Below are positions 9,603-19,549 of a DNA stretch of 64,000 bases, one piece after another; positions within the stretch are counted from its first letter, which is position 1; the number at the start of each line of letters is the position of its first letter. A program made the translations under genes and the position numbers. The notes beneath the pieces are model-generated. The model searched no databases and was not told the DNA's origin. It saw nothing but the letters and a program-made list of their open reading frames with translations. The DNA is taken from the NCBI GenBank assembly GCA_965223845.1, contig CBDCXR010000004.1, forward strand, positions 5,056,001-5,120,000, written 5' to 3'. Source of the DNA: Planctomycetota bacterium. GTDB taxonomy: Bacteria; Planctomycetota; UBA8108; SXIK01.

Positions 9603-12239
9603 ATGCAGATTCGCGATTCGGTACGGGGGGCAGCCTGTCTCGTCACGCTCGCGCTCACGGCGGCAGTGAGCGCCGCGCCGCCGGTGATCTTCGTCTCGCG
9701 CCAGCTCGACACGACTCGAGACCGATTCGAGATCGTAATCGGTCAGGAGCGTCCCGATCCGGAACCGCGCTCCACGGCGGTCACGCGGGCGACCTCGGGC
9801 CGACTGATGCTGCGCGAGGAAAATGGAAGCCTCGTCACGCTCCTCGACGCGACCGCGGAGGACGCGCCGGATTGGGCGCCGGTCGACGTCATGGAACCGG
9901 ACGTATCGTACGACGCGAGTCGCGTGGTCTTCGCCGGGTTCTCGGCGACGGAAAACGCGTGGCGCATCTATGAGATGCTCCTCGACACTCGGGAAATCCG
10001 CCAGCTTACCCACAGCGACCGCGACATCGATCTCAGCGTCTACGGCGACGCCTCGAACTCGTTCGAAACGTACGACGACGTCGACCCCTGCTATCTTCCG
10101 GACGGCCGCATCTGCTTCGTCTCGACGCGGTATCCGGGCACGGCGCCCGACAATCGCCTGCGTGCGACGAATCTCTACGTGATGCACGACGACGGCTCCG
10201 ATCTACACCGAATCACGACCGAGCGGTTCGGCGCCGACACCCCAGCGGTGGATCCGACGAACGGTCAGATCGTCTATTCGCGCTGGTGGCGCACGAACGA
10301 CGATCTCATCGGAGCGGCCGGAGCCGACGCCGGAGTCGACGCGGGATCGCCCGGATACGATGGTGCGAGCAGCGGCGATCTCCTCGGAATCAGCAACTCG
10401 AACCCCGAGCCGATGCGGAGCGTCTCCGACGACGAGTTCCAAGGACTGAACAGCTGGTTCCTCGCGGGCGTCGATCCCGACGGCACGGATCTCGCGATGA
10501 CGTCGGGCCTCCGACTCGACCGCGAGCTGACTCAGGCGTACCGCCCGAGCTTCCTCCCGAACGGTGAGATTCTCGCGACGTTCATTCCGCGCACGCCGTA
10601 CCTCGGTCTCCCGCGCGGCGACGGTCTCCGCATCTACGATCGGGGTCCGGGCCAGCCGGAAGCGGTCGGCGGTCCGCAGACCTTTCAGGGCTTTCCGTTC
10701 CTTTTTGGACTCGCGATCGAGCTCATCCACATCGCCGATCCCGAGTTTAGATTTCCCGACAATCGCGATTCGTGGAGCTTCATCTTCGCGAGCGGAGTCG
10801 GACTCCCGGACGGAACGATCCTCACCGCCGCCGCCCCGATGTCGGCGCATCGCTACGATCTCTTCGTCGTCGATCGAGCGACCGGAAAGATGACGCTCTT
10901 TGCGGGGACGGACGGCGCGGACCTCGATCCCGTTCTCGTCGTCGAGCGGCCGGAGCCACCCGAGCCGGAAGAGAAAACGCCGGCAGCGCTTCCCCAGACC
11001 GCCGCACAGACGGTTTCGGGAGCGTTTACTGCCGGAGGCCGATTCACGTTCAACGTGACGAACATTCACTTCAACGCGCCGATCGACGTACCGGTCGCGA
11101 CCGCGCCGCCCGTAGGCCAGGACCTCACGATTGAGTTCTACATGGCGCCGCAGGGGACGACGACCCAGTTCCTCGACGAGGCGAAGCTCATCCGCGCGGT
11201 GAAGATCCCCTCCGACGGTCACGTCGAGGTCGAGCTGCCGGCGGGCGTTCCTCTCTTCGAGGTGCTCAGGCGACCGGACGGCTCGATCGCGCAGGGCCGC
11301 GACGGCCAAGTGTTCCACGTCGGTGGCATGAACTTCAATCGCGCCGGTGAGGCCGGCAAGTGTGTCGGGTGTCACGCCGGGCACACGATGATGCAGGTGC
11401 CCGAGGATCCCACTTGGACGAACCTCGCGCCGAGCGCGAACGTCTCCGCCGATCCTTCGTCGTTCTACTCCGTTTTCGAGGTCGTGCCGGAAGTCGACCT
11501 GTTCTTCGGCGAGGACATTCTCGCTGGAGACGAGCCGAATCTGTTCGGCCCGGAGAAGCTCGTCGATCGCCGGACGCGCCGGATGACGGAGTGGGTCGGC
11601 GCGGACACGGACGCGAAGGAGCACGTCGTCACCCTCGAGTGGCCCGTCGCGATCAACGCGCAGCAGATCGCCGTGTACAGCCCGGCGCAGGGTCAGGGAG
11701 TCTTCGGCCGTCGAAGTCAAACCATCTCCGGCCTCAGCGTCGAGACCTACCTCGGTGAGAGCCTCGTCGAGCGGCTCGCGACAGAGGACGTGCTCGACAG
11801 CACTTCGCGCGTCGTCCGGGTGCAAGCCGATCCAACCCGCGCCATCGATCGCGTCCGCGTGATCCTCGCCGCCGAGGACATCTCGGGCAGCTTCGAGTTC
11901 GCTCGTTCACCCGGGCTGGCAGAGATCGAGGTCATCGCGAAGGTCGCGAGCGCGACGTCGGAGGTCTACACCTTCATCCGCGGCGACTCGAACTGCGATT
12001 CGTCCACGAACATCTCGGACGCGATCTCGACCCTGACCAGTCTCTTCGTCGACGGGAAGGAACTCTGCTGCGACGCCGCGGGCGACACCGACGCGAACGG
12101 CCGGCTGAACATCGCCGACCCGGTGTATCTGCTCAACTATCTCTTCGCTGACGGCGAGGCACCGCCGGCGCCGACCGGCGAGTGCGGCGAGGTTGCGGTC
12201 CAGAACCTCGGCTGCAACGAGCAAAGCTGCGTTCAGTAA
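9603..12239 (+). CDS. Secreted HzsA-related protein: TolB-like propeller, hydrazine-synthase-alpha middle-domain-like region with CxxCH, discoidin-like domain, C-terminal dockerin-like module
   Basis: GGAGG RBS then ATG 9603; signal peptide ending AVSA-AP; PDVSYDASRVVF, DVDPCYLPDGRICFVSTR, NLYVMHDDGS; DGHVEVELPAGVP..AGEAGKCVGCH; NLAPSA..LAEIEV; FIRGDSNCD..NISDA..GDTDANGRLNIADPVYLLNYLF. Confidence 0.8.
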   Translation: MQIRDSVRGAACLVTLALTAAVSAAPPVIFVSRQLDTTRDRFEIVIGQERPDPEPRSTAVTRATSGRLMLREENGSLVTLLDATAEDAPDWAPVDVMEPDVSYDASRVVFAGFSATENAWRIYEMLLDTREIRQLTHSDRDIDLSVYGDASNSFETYDDVDPCYLPDGRICFVSTRYPGTAPDNRLRATNLYVMHDDGSDLHRITTERFGADTPAVDPTNGQIVYSRWWRTNDDLIGAAGADAGVDAGSPGYDGASSGDLLGISNSNPEPMRSVSDDEFQGLNSWFLAGVDPDGTDLAMTSGLRLDRELTQAYRPSFLPNGEILATFIPRTPYLGLPRGDGLRIYDRGPGQPEAVGGPQTFQGFPFLFGLAIELIHIADPEFRFPDNRDSWSFIFASGVGLPDGTILTAAAPMSAHRYDLFVVDRATGKMTLFAGTDGADLDPVLVVERPEPPEPEEKTPAALPQTAAQTVSGAFTAGGRFTFNVTNIHFNAPIDVPVATAPPVGQDLTIEFYMAPQGTTTQFLDEAKLIRAVKIPSDGHVEVELPAGVPLFEVLRRPDGSIAQGRDGQVFHVGGMNFNRAGEAGKCVGCHAGHTMMQVPEDPTWTNLAPSANVSADPSSFYSVFEVVPEVDLFFGEDILAGDEPNLFGPEKLVDRRTRRMTEWVGADTDAKEHVVTLEWPVAINAQQIAVYSPAQGQGVFGRRSQTISGLSVETYLGESLVERLATEDVLDSTSRVVRVQADPTRAIDRVRVILAAEDISGSFEFARSPGLAEIEVIAKVASATSEVYTFIRGDSNCDSSTNISDAISTLTSLFVDGKELCCDAAGDTDANGRLNIADPVYLLNYLFADGEAPPAPTGECGEVAVQNLGCNEQSCVQ

Positions 12240-12266
12240 CGCTCACGCTCGACTCCACTGATGAAG

Positions 12267-12305
12267 CGAGCCGGGGACGGCGAGACCAGCGCCGTCCCCG
12301 GCTCG
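12267..12305. terminator. Perfect 16-bp stem-loop between convergent genes, probable bidirectional terminator
   Basis: CGAGCCGGGGACGGCG-agaccag-CGCCGTCCCCGGCTCG between the stops at 12239 and 12349; U-tracts are weak. Confidence 0.6.
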
Positions 12306-12348
12306 TTGACTGGAGCTCCCGCCCGTTCGTTCCCCGCAATCGCGGCAG

Positions 12349-13086
12349 TTACCCGCCGGCGATCTCGAGCAGGTCCTCCAGTCGCTCGATCACGAAGTCC
12401 GGACGGTACGTCGAGTAGCGCGCACCCCACTCACCATCCGACGTCAGTCCGGTGATGTGACAAGTCCGCATGCCCACGTCACGCGCGCCGAGCATGTCCA
12501 TCTCCCAGCGATCCCCGACGAAGAGGACGCGCGAAGGATCGACGTCGAGCCTCGCGAGCGCGACGGCGAAGGGTTTTGCGTGCGGTTTCACATAGCCGAC
12601 GTCGACGTCGCCAGACACGATCACCGGGTCGAGGAGTTCGCGAACGCCGACGTCGTCGAGCGATCTGCGGAGCGCATCCCCGCAGGGATAATTCGAGACG
12701 AGCCCGACCGCGGCGCGCCTGCGCAGAACCTCGAGTACCTCGACCGCGCCCGGCGGGATTGCGATCGACTCGACGAAATACTGCTGCAGGCGCTCGTTCG
12801 CAAGGACGGCATGCTCACGGGTGACCTCCAGCGCGGTGCCGTAGCTGCGCCGGAGGACGAATTCCATCTGATCGACAGGGTCGCTCTCGCGAAAGCTCGG
12901 CGGGTCACCGACGTGAGGGAGCGCGTGGGCCTCCATCGTCGCCGTCCGAAGCACGCTCGCCGTAACGGGAGCGATCTCCTCGGAAAGCTGACGTGCGAGG
13001 CGCGCGATGATCTCACCGATCTGAGGTCGATCGAACTGGATGATCGTATTGCCGTAGTCGAAGAGGAAAGCAGCGAAGTTGTTCAT
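12349..13086 (-). CDS. HAD-superfamily hydrolase
   Basis: Motif I FDYGNT, motif II VSN, motif III VKP, motif IV VGDRWEMD. Confidence 0.88.
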   Translation of the reverse strand: MNNFAAFLFDYGNTIIQFDRPQIGEIIARLARQLSEEIAPVTASVLRTATMEAHALPHVGDPPSFRESDPVDQMEFVLRRSYGTALEVTREHAVLANERLQQYFVESIAIPPGAVEVLEVLRRRAAVGLVSNYPCGDALRRSLDDVGVRELLDPVIVSGDVDVGYVKPHAKPFAVALARLDVDPSRVLFVGDRWEMDMLGARDVGMRTCHITGLTSDGEWGARYSTYRPDFVIERLEDLLEIAGG

Positions 13087-13150
13087 GGATATCGCGCACA
13101 GTTTGCTTGTCTTCGACGGGCCTCGTGCCTTCGCCCTCGTTCGCTCATGG

Positions 13151-13888
13151 TCAGGCTCGAGCTAACCCGCCGTCGCAGAAAATCGTCTGCCCCGTGATGT
13201 AGGACGCCGCGTCGCTCGCGAGAAAGAGATGGAGGCGAGCGATGTCCTCGGGCGTGCCGAGGCGGCCGAGCGGTACGCGGCGGAGAAACTTCTCGCGCAC
13301 CTTCTCCGGCACGGCGCTGAACATCGGCGTGTCGATCACTCCCGGCGCGATCGCGTTGACGCGAATCCCGTCGCGCGCGAGCTCCTGGGCGAGCGTCCGG
13401 GTGAAGCCGATGATCCCCGCTTTCGCCGCCGAGTAGTTCGCTTGGCCGCGGTTTCCGAGCGCCGAAGTCGAGCTCGTGTTGGTGATCACGCCACTTCGCT
13501 GGGCGCGGAACGTCGGCACGACTGCCTGCGCACAGAGAAACGACCCGGTGAGGTGGACACGGAGCACTCTTTCCCACGCCTCGAGCTCGAGGTCGGAAAG
13601 GAACGCGTCGGCGATGATGCCCGCGTTGTTCACGAGGACGTCGATTCGCCCGCAGCGTTCGACCAGCTCGCTGACGGCGGCGGCGACGCCGGGTGCGTCG
13701 GTCACGTCGACGACGCGACCCGACGCACCCGCGCGGCTCGCCGAGCTCTCGACCTCATTCGAAGCGTCCCACGCCTCGACTTCTGCGCCGGCCTGCGAAA
13801 ACGCCGCGACGGTCGCACTGCCGATACCGCGTGCGCCGCCCGTTACGACGACAACGCGATTCCGAAAATCCGCGTACTCTCCGGCCAT
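13151..13888 (-). CDS. SDR oxidoreductase, 3-oxoacyl-ACP/CoA reductase (FabG-like)
   Basis: TGGARGIG, NNAG, GNRGQANYSAAKAG, IRVNAIAPG, ITGQTIFCDGG. Confidence 0.92.
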   Translation of the reverse strand: MAGEYADFRNRVVVVTGGARGIGSATVAAFSQAGAEVEAWDASNEVESSASRAGASGRVVDVTDAPGVAAAVSELVERCGRIDVLVNNAGIIADAFLSDLELEAWERVLRVHLTGSFLCAQAVVPTFRAQRSGVITNTSSTSALGNRGQANYSAAKAGIIGFTRTLAQELARDGIRVNAIAPGVIDTPMFSAVPEKVREKFLRRVPLGRLGTPEDIARLHLFLASDAASYITGQTIFCDGGLARA

Positions 13889-14149
13889 CACCCGTCCTCG
13901 ATCCTTCCTCCGCTCCGGGCGAGTGCCCGAGAGCGCGGCAATTGTAACTCCGAGTCACGTGGTCACCCAAGCTCTGCCGCCCGCAACTCACGTCGCGATA
14001 AACCGGTCGCTTGTCGCGGTAAAGCACCCGGTCAAAGTTGCACCACGCCGCGGTCGATGAATCGAACGCGGAGATTTCAACGTCGCCGCGCGACGTACGA
14101 CGGATTCCTCACGACGCCGCACGAGCTGCGGACGCCCAGGTAGACACGC

Positions 14150-14944
14150 ATGAACGACACGCCGAACGAAACCTTCTCCCGACACCCCCGCCGGACGCCT
14201 TGGGTACCCGGAAATCAACAGCTCAGCATCGGGCTGTGGATCTTCTCCTTCTGCGCCGTCGTGCTCGTGTTCAACCTCATGTACTTCATGTTCGGCCTCT
14301 GGGAAATCGACTCCGGCGCGTCGAGCTCGTTCAAGGAAGCCGTCTCGACGACGCGCGGCGTCCTCATGCGCCAGTTCTGGCTCGCGCTCGGATTCGGTCT
14401 CGTCCTCTCGGTGTGGGCCGCCCTGCTTTGTTCGAAGGTCGTCGGTCCGCTGTATCGCTTCCGGCGGCACTTCGAGGGGCTCACGACGGGCCGGTGGGAC
14501 CGGCCGTGCAAGATCCGAAAGGGCGACGCTTGCACGGATCTTTGCGAGGCGCTCAACTCGGGAGTCGCCGCGATGACGAACTGCATCGAGGAACAGAACG
14601 AAACGCTCGAGCTCGCCCGGGCGGCGCTCGATGCCAGTCCGGACCGCGCCAATCCTCAGATCAGTTCCGTCATCGCGAAGATCGACGCACTGAGTCAGGA
14701 GTTCGCCAAGCGGTTCCCGGTTTCGGACGAGGCCGCGGAATCGTGGGCCGAAACGAAGGCTCCGTCGACGACGAGCGAGAGCGGTGCGAGCGACGGGAAC
14801 GCGGAGGAAGAGCGCGCGTCCGAGGCGCCGAATCCCGGCGAATCGGATCGAGACGTCGCTGAAGGATCGTCCGGAGATGCGTCCGAGAGCTCTGCCGACG
14901 AAGCGACGGAAGAGTCGAAGGATCGCGACGTCGTCCCGGCCTGA
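14150..14944 (+). CDS. Two-TM membrane protein with a HAMP-like domain, coiled coil and acidic disordered tail
   Basis: Two hydrophobic helices followed by VVGPLYRF..GRW..IRKGD..L.EALN (HAMP-like pattern); Glu/Ser/Asp-rich C-terminus. Confidence 0.7.
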   Translation: MNDTPNETFSRHPRRTPWVPGNQQLSIGLWIFSFCAVVLVFNLMYFMFGLWEIDSGASSSFKEAVSTTRGVLMRQFWLALGFGLVLSVWAALLCSKVVGPLYRFRRHFEGLTTGRWDRPCKIRKGDACTDLCEALNSGVAAMTNCIEEQNETLELARAALDASPDRANPQISSVIAKIDALSQEFAKRFPVSDEAAESWAETKAPSTTSESGASDGNAEEERASEAPNPGESDRDVAEGSSGDASESSADEATEESKDRDVVPA

Positions 14945-14952
14945 TCCGAAGC

Positions 14953-17412
14953 TCAGAACTCCGCTTCGACGCCCCCGAAGATGAACAGCGGGCGACCCGG
15001 GCGCGGGCCGTGCGGATGGCGGGAGGCGATGTAGCGCTCGTCGGTCACGTTGTGTGCGCCGACGTGAAGCGTGAACGACTCGGTAACGCGATAAAACGCG
15101 GCAACGTCGACGACGAAATACGCATCCGTTTCGCCGAACCGCGCGTCCGGATTCCCCGCGCCGTCGACTTGACGCGAGGTGTTGCTCGCCGAAGTGTACA
15201 TCTCCGGCGAGTAATAGGCAGCCACGCTGACTCCCCACGGTCCCCACTCGAGCCCGGTACCGGCGCTGATCGTGAACTCGGGGATGTAGGGAAGTTGATT
15301 CCCTTTCTCACCGCCGCTGAAGATCGACTCGGGATCGGTCGAGTTCGAATCGTCCGCGAATTCCGCGCGCGTGAGCGTGAACCCGACCCGCCACGGATTC
15401 GAGAATCCCCAGTCCCAGTGGACGCCGGGGTCGACGCGCGCGGAGAGCTCTAAGCCGTAGCTGTTTACCTCGCCCGCGCTCTCGGTGTCGCCCGATCCGG
15501 TCCCGCCGATGTTGTTGATCACGATGAGATCGTCGAGTCGGGTGAAGAAGAGCGCGCTCTCGACGCCGAACGAGCCGTCCGAGCTCGTGTAGCGCTCGCC
15601 GATTTCTACGCTGTAACTTCTCTCCTCGTCGAGCTCGTTCCGAATCGCGGAACGCGGCGAAGGGACGCTGAATCCCGAGTGGAAGCCCGCGAAAAGATTG
15701 AGCTCCGCGGTGATGTCGTACGCTACACCGATTCCGCCCGCGAGCACATCCAGCTCGCCGGTCCCCTTCTCGAGCGAGTTGAAATCGCGAAACTCCTGTT
15801 CGATGTGCTCGTAGCGAATTCCGGGCGTGATCGTAAAGGCACCGATCGCGAGCTCGTCCTGGAGAAAGACGGCCAAGGCGTCGCTCTCCTGCTTCCGATC
15901 GCCGGCGTCGCCGTCGACTCCCGGATCGCGATCGACGATCGTCCCGTTCGCCGCCTGCGTCATGAGCTCGTCGCGCTGGTCGCGACGGACATCATCGCGA
16001 TGAAGCCGGACTCCGATCTGAACCTCGTGATCGATTTCGCCGGTTCGAAAGCGATGCGCACCCAGAACGTCGAGCCCGTAGGAATGATAGGTGCGGTCGT
16101 TGTGCCGAACTCGCAGCTCGCCCGCGTCTTCGCCGCGGAGCGTCGCGAAGTGAGTCGAACCTTCGGCGATGGCGCGCGAGATGCTGAGCCGCGTTCCCGC
16201 TGCGTCGCGGAGATCGTGCAGCTTGAACCAATCGCGGTGAAATCGGTTGTAGTACACCGTCGTCGTCACGTCGGTGCTCTCCGTCGGCGAGATCACGTGG
16301 CGGAGGTGCGTTCGAAAGTGCTGCGTGTCGATGTTGTCGAACCGCGTGCCGGAATAGCGCCGAAACGGATCGCGGTCGAAGTCCTTGTCCGAGAGTCCCG
16401 TGTAGGTCTCGTCCGCTTCCCGATCGGTGTATCCGACTTTGTACTCGAAACGATTGTAGATCCCGAGTTCGGGCTCCCAGGCTAACTTCAACATCGGCTC
16501 GAAGTTCGAGAATCCCGTGTCGTCGGCGTCGCGAAAATCCGGCGTCTTGTCGATGTCCTTGAAGCCGTCGGCACGCCGGTGAAACCCTTCGAGCACGAAT
16601 CCGATCTGACCGGCGCGAGATCCCGTGTCGATCGTCTCGCCGTAATACGCGTGGATGCGCGACTCGCCGTCGAAACCGTAGAGTGACTTCAAGTAGACCG
16701 CGCGGGCGTCTGGGATTTCGGTCGCACGAAAGTGAACGACCCCGCCGGTGATGTGCGGCCCGTAGCGAACTTGGCTCGACCCCTTCAGCACCTCGATCGA
16801 GCTCATGCGCCCGCTCGTCGGCGAATAGTACGCGGAGGGCGCGGAGTACGGCGCTGGCGCCATCAGCACGCCGTCTTCCATGAGCGTGAGCTTCGCGCTT
16901 CGAGTCGAATCGACGCCGCGTAGACTGAGATTTAAGAAGAGACCGAAACCATCTTCCGGTCGCTGGTACACCCCGGGAATCTCGCGCGCGATTTGATTCG
17001 CGTCGTCGTACGAGAGGCGGCGGATCGATTCCGTCGACACGATCGCGGCCGAGCCGCCGATGCGCGAGAGCTCCTCGGTCGAGCCGATCACGTAGATCGC
17101 GTCAGCGCGACCGCGACGCTCGCCGTCCGTGGTTCCCGCCGCATCCTCGAATTCGGACTCGGGAGCGACCGCGCGCGTCCCCGCGTCGTGGGAGTGGTCT
17201 TCGCGGTGACCGACGCCGTCAACGGCGTCTTCGGCGACTGACTCGCCGCCGTGCGCCTCGGCGCCGTCGGCGCCGTCCCCCGCCGCCTCCGTCGTCGGCG
17301 AGTTGGAAGTCTCGAGAAGGCTTTGCTCTATGTAGCTCTGCGCGGAAACCGTCGCGGATGCACCGATGGCGAACAGAGTTCCGGCGAGGATCGTGGTGCG
17401 GTTCATTCTCAT
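14953..17412 (-). CDS. TonB-dependent outer-membrane receptor, FecA-like (probably iron uptake)
   Basis: Signal peptide; plug motifs IPGVY..EDGFG..LRG..LMEDGV..PAPYSAPSAYYSP..IEVLKG..YGP..GGVV; beta-barrel with TPGIRYE and HNVTDERYIASR..GPRPG; C-terminal Phe. Confidence 0.93.
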   Translation of the reverse strand: MRMNRTTILAGTLFAIGASATVSAQSYIEQSLLETSNSPTTEAAGDGADGAEAHGGESVAEDAVDGVGHREDHSHDAGTRAVAPESEFEDAAGTTDGERRGRADAIYVIGSTEELSRIGGSAAIVSTESIRRLSYDDANQIAREIPGVYQRPEDGFGLFLNLSLRGVDSTRSAKLTLMEDGVLMAPAPYSAPSAYYSPTSGRMSSIEVLKGSSQVRYGPHITGGVVHFRATEIPDARAVYLKSLYGFDGESRIHAYYGETIDTGSRAGQIGFVLEGFHRRADGFKDIDKTPDFRDADDTGFSNFEPMLKLAWEPELGIYNRFEYKVGYTDREADETYTGLSDKDFDRDPFRRYSGTRFDNIDTQHFRTHLRHVISPTESTDVTTTVYYNRFHRDWFKLHDLRDAAGTRLSISRAIAEGSTHFATLRGEDAGELRVRHNDRTYHSYGLDVLGAHRFRTGEIDHEVQIGVRLHRDDVRRDQRDELMTQAANGTIVDRDPGVDGDAGDRKQESDALAVFLQDELAIGAFTITPGIRYEHIEQEFRDFNSLEKGTGELDVLAGGIGVAYDITAELNLFAGFHSGFSVPSPRSAIRNELDEERSYSVEIGERYTSSDGSFGVESALFFTRLDDLIVINNIGGTGSGDTESAGEVNSYGLELSARVDPGVHWDWGFSNPWRVGFTLTRAEFADDSNSTDPESIFSGGEKGNQLPYIPEFTISAGTGLEWGPWGVSVAAYYSPEMYTSASNTSRQVDGAGNPDARFGETDAYFVVDVAAFYRVTESFTLHVGAHNVTDERYIASRHPHGPRPGRPLFIFGGVEAEF

Positions 17413-17522
17413 GGTCAAGGAGCTTTCGGAGTCGCCCGCGGCGAGTCGAGCTGCGCCATCGACGGGAGCCGATTCACGGGGCGATTCGGCTCGAAACGAA
17501 GCCAGAGCGCGCGGCGAGAGAA

Positions 17523-18359
17523 TCAGCGGCGACGAAGCACGGGCTCAAACACGATCGGGACGCGGAGAAGATAGGAAACTGCGACGCCGCCGCGGCGCGC
17601 CGGCTCGTAGCGCCAGCGTCGGGCGGCACTGAGGGCGGCGCGATCGAGCGCGCGGCAACCGCTCGAGCGCGCGACGGTCGCACGCTCGACGCGTCCGTCG
17701 TTCGCGACGCGGAGCTCGAGCTCGACCGTTCCGCCGATTCCTCGCCGCCGCTCGCGCGTCGGGTACGCCGGCTCGCGGTTTCGCGGGAGCGGACGCGGCG
17801 CGACGACGGCCCCGCTCGAGCGCGCGGACGCGCGCGAGACGTTCGGCGCTCGAGTGGCGTCGGGCGAACGCCGCTTCGAGCGGCGCCTCGGCGTCGGTTC
17901 GGGATCGCGCCGGTCGACGATCCACTCGACCGGAGGGGGCGCCGGCCGGGTCGTGCGAACGGTCTTTCGCGGTTCTCGCGGAGCGACCGGCGAAGTCTCC
18001 GCGCTCGCCGTCTGGTCGTCGGCGATCGGCTCCGTCTCGGCGTCGACATCGGGAACTTCGCGTTCAGGCTCGACGTCGTCGCGATCCGCAGGCGGAGCGA
18101 CCGGAACGGGCTCCGGGGGCGGCTCCGGTTGCTCCGCTTCGGGCGGCGGATCCGGTTCTGGCTCTGGCTTCTCTTCGAGATCGGTCTCCGGCTCGGGTTC
18201 CACCGGCGGGATCGGGTCCTCCGGCGCCGGCTGCAGCCGCACCGTCACCACGCCCGGCGTGAACGCGGCGACCGGAGTCGTCGTTCCGGCCGAGAAGAGC
18301 ATCGCAATCCCGTGCGCGGCGATCGAGACGGTGAGGAGGAGCGATAGACGGAGATCCAT
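17523..18359 (-). CDS. tonB: Energy transducer TonB
   Basis: N-terminal TM with SIAAH (S-xxx-H), Pro/Glu-rich linker, C-terminal PAYP..RRRG..GTV..V..DGRV..SSG..LDRAAL.AARRWRYEPA. Confidence 0.92.
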   Translation of the reverse strand: MDLRLSLLLTVSIAAHGIAMLFSAGTTTPVAAFTPGVVTVRLQPAPEDPIPPVEPEPETDLEEKPEPEPDPPPEAEQPEPPPEPVPVAPPADRDDVEPEREVPDVDAETEPIADDQTASAETSPVAPREPRKTVRTTRPAPPPVEWIVDRRDPEPTPRRRSKRRSPDATRAPNVSRASARSSGAVVAPRPLPRNREPAYPTRERRRGIGGTVELELRVANDGRVERATVARSSGCRALDRAALSAARRWRYEPARRGGVAVSYLLRVPIVFEPVLRRR

Positions 18360-18366
18360 TCGACGG

Positions 18367-18789
18367 CTACTCCTCGACGTTCGGGGCCGAGACCGAGGCG
18401 TTCTCGTGCGCGAGGTCGAGCACGGAGAAACCGGCTCGCTTGACGGAATCGAGAACCGACATGAACGTCTGAAACGGGACCTGCGCGTCGCCGCGAAACG
18501 TCACGCTGCGTCCGGACGGAGCGAGCTCGGCGAGCCGCGCGTCGAGATCACCCATCCCGATGCGCTCGTGATCGACGAGGACGTTTCCCGCTGCGTCGAT
18601 GGAGATCACGATCGCGCTCGTGTCCGTCATCCCATCGGTGCTCTCCGCCTTCGGAAGCGCTAGATCGAGCTTGGGGCTCGCGAACGTCGAGCTCAGCATG
18701 AAGAAGACGAGGAGCTGGAGCACACAATCGATAAGTGGGCTGATGTCGAGCACGCTGCTCCGTCGGCGAGAACGTCGTCGAAATCTCAT
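18367..18789 (-). CDS. exbD: Biopolymer transport protein ExbD/TolR
   Basis: ATG 18789 overlaps the exbB stop; DISPLIDCVLQLLVFFM (conserved Asp), LALPKA, RGDAQVPF. Confidence 0.92.
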   Translation of the reverse strand: MRFRRRSRRRSSVLDISPLIDCVLQLLVFFMLSSTFASPKLDLALPKAESTDGMTDTSAIVISIDAAGNVLVDHERIGMGDLDARLAELAPSGRSVTFRGDAQVPFQTFMSVLDSVKRAGFSVLDLAHENASVSAPNVEE

Positions 18790-19478
18790 CGCGCAGCACT
18801 CCCGCGGGCGACCGATCGTGAGGCCTCGCTGGGCGCAGCACGGCGCGCTCGACTCTTCGACGTCCATTCGTCGAGGTAGGAGACGACGTACTCCATCCGC
18901 TTCGTGATCGACTCGACACGGCTGTCGAACGCGTGGAACGCGAGAAAGGACGGGATGGCGACGGAAAGCCCGAAGACGGTCGTCATGAGCGCTTCCCAGA
19001 TCCCCTCCGCGAGGTCGCGCGGTTCGACCTGCCCGGCGTTGAGCTCGATCTGATGGAACGCGCTCACGAGGCCCGCGACCGTGCCGAGAAGGCCGAGGAG
19101 CGTCGCGATCTGCGCGATCGTGGAGAGTCCGCGCAAGCGACTCTCGACCCCTTCGAGCGATCGCTCTCCCTCCCGCTCGACGATCGTCTGGCGCGTTTCG
19201 GGCGCCGCCCGAAGGTTGCCGAGATAGGCCTCAGCCGCCTGCGCAACCGGACTGCGGGGGTACGCGCGGCAAAGCTCGAGCGCGTCGGAGAGCTTTCCCG
19301 CCGCTAGCGACTCGCGCAGGTCCTCGACGACCCGATCGAACGGAATCCGGGCGCGGACGAACGCCAGCGTGCGGTCGACGACGAGCGCGAAGGCCACGAC
19401 CGAGCACGCCAGAAGCGGCCACATGATCATGCCGCCCTTCTCGAGCAGCTCGAACAGCGAGTGATCCCAGAGAGTCAT
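18786..19478 (-). CDS. exbB: MotA/TolQ/ExbB proton channel
   Basis: KGGMIMWPL, ATLLGLLGTVAGL, LAEGIWEALMTTVFGLSVAIP. Confidence 0.93.
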   Translation of the reverse strand: MTLWDHSLFELLEKGGMIMWPLLACSVVAFALVVDRTLAFVRARIPFDRVVEDLRESLAAGKLSDALELCRAYPRSPVAQAAEAYLGNLRAAPETRQTIVEREGERSLEGVESRLRGLSTIAQIATLLGLLGTVAGLVSAFHQIELNAGQVEPRDLAEGIWEALMTTVFGLSVAIPSFLAFHAFDSRVESITKRMEYVVSYLDEWTSKSRARRAAPSEASRSVARGSAAR

Positions 19479-19549
19479 TCGAGGCGGGTCGAGGGCAGGA
19501 AGGTGAGGAGGACGGGGAGGTCGTCGCGACGAGATCGTAAAAGCTAGCG

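Noticed and set aside
9603-12239. Evidence for anammox metabolism
   Set aside because: There is only one CxxCH, no hzsB/hzsC or hao neighbours, and extra discoidin and dockerin domains; HzsA-like domains occur outside anammox bacteria.
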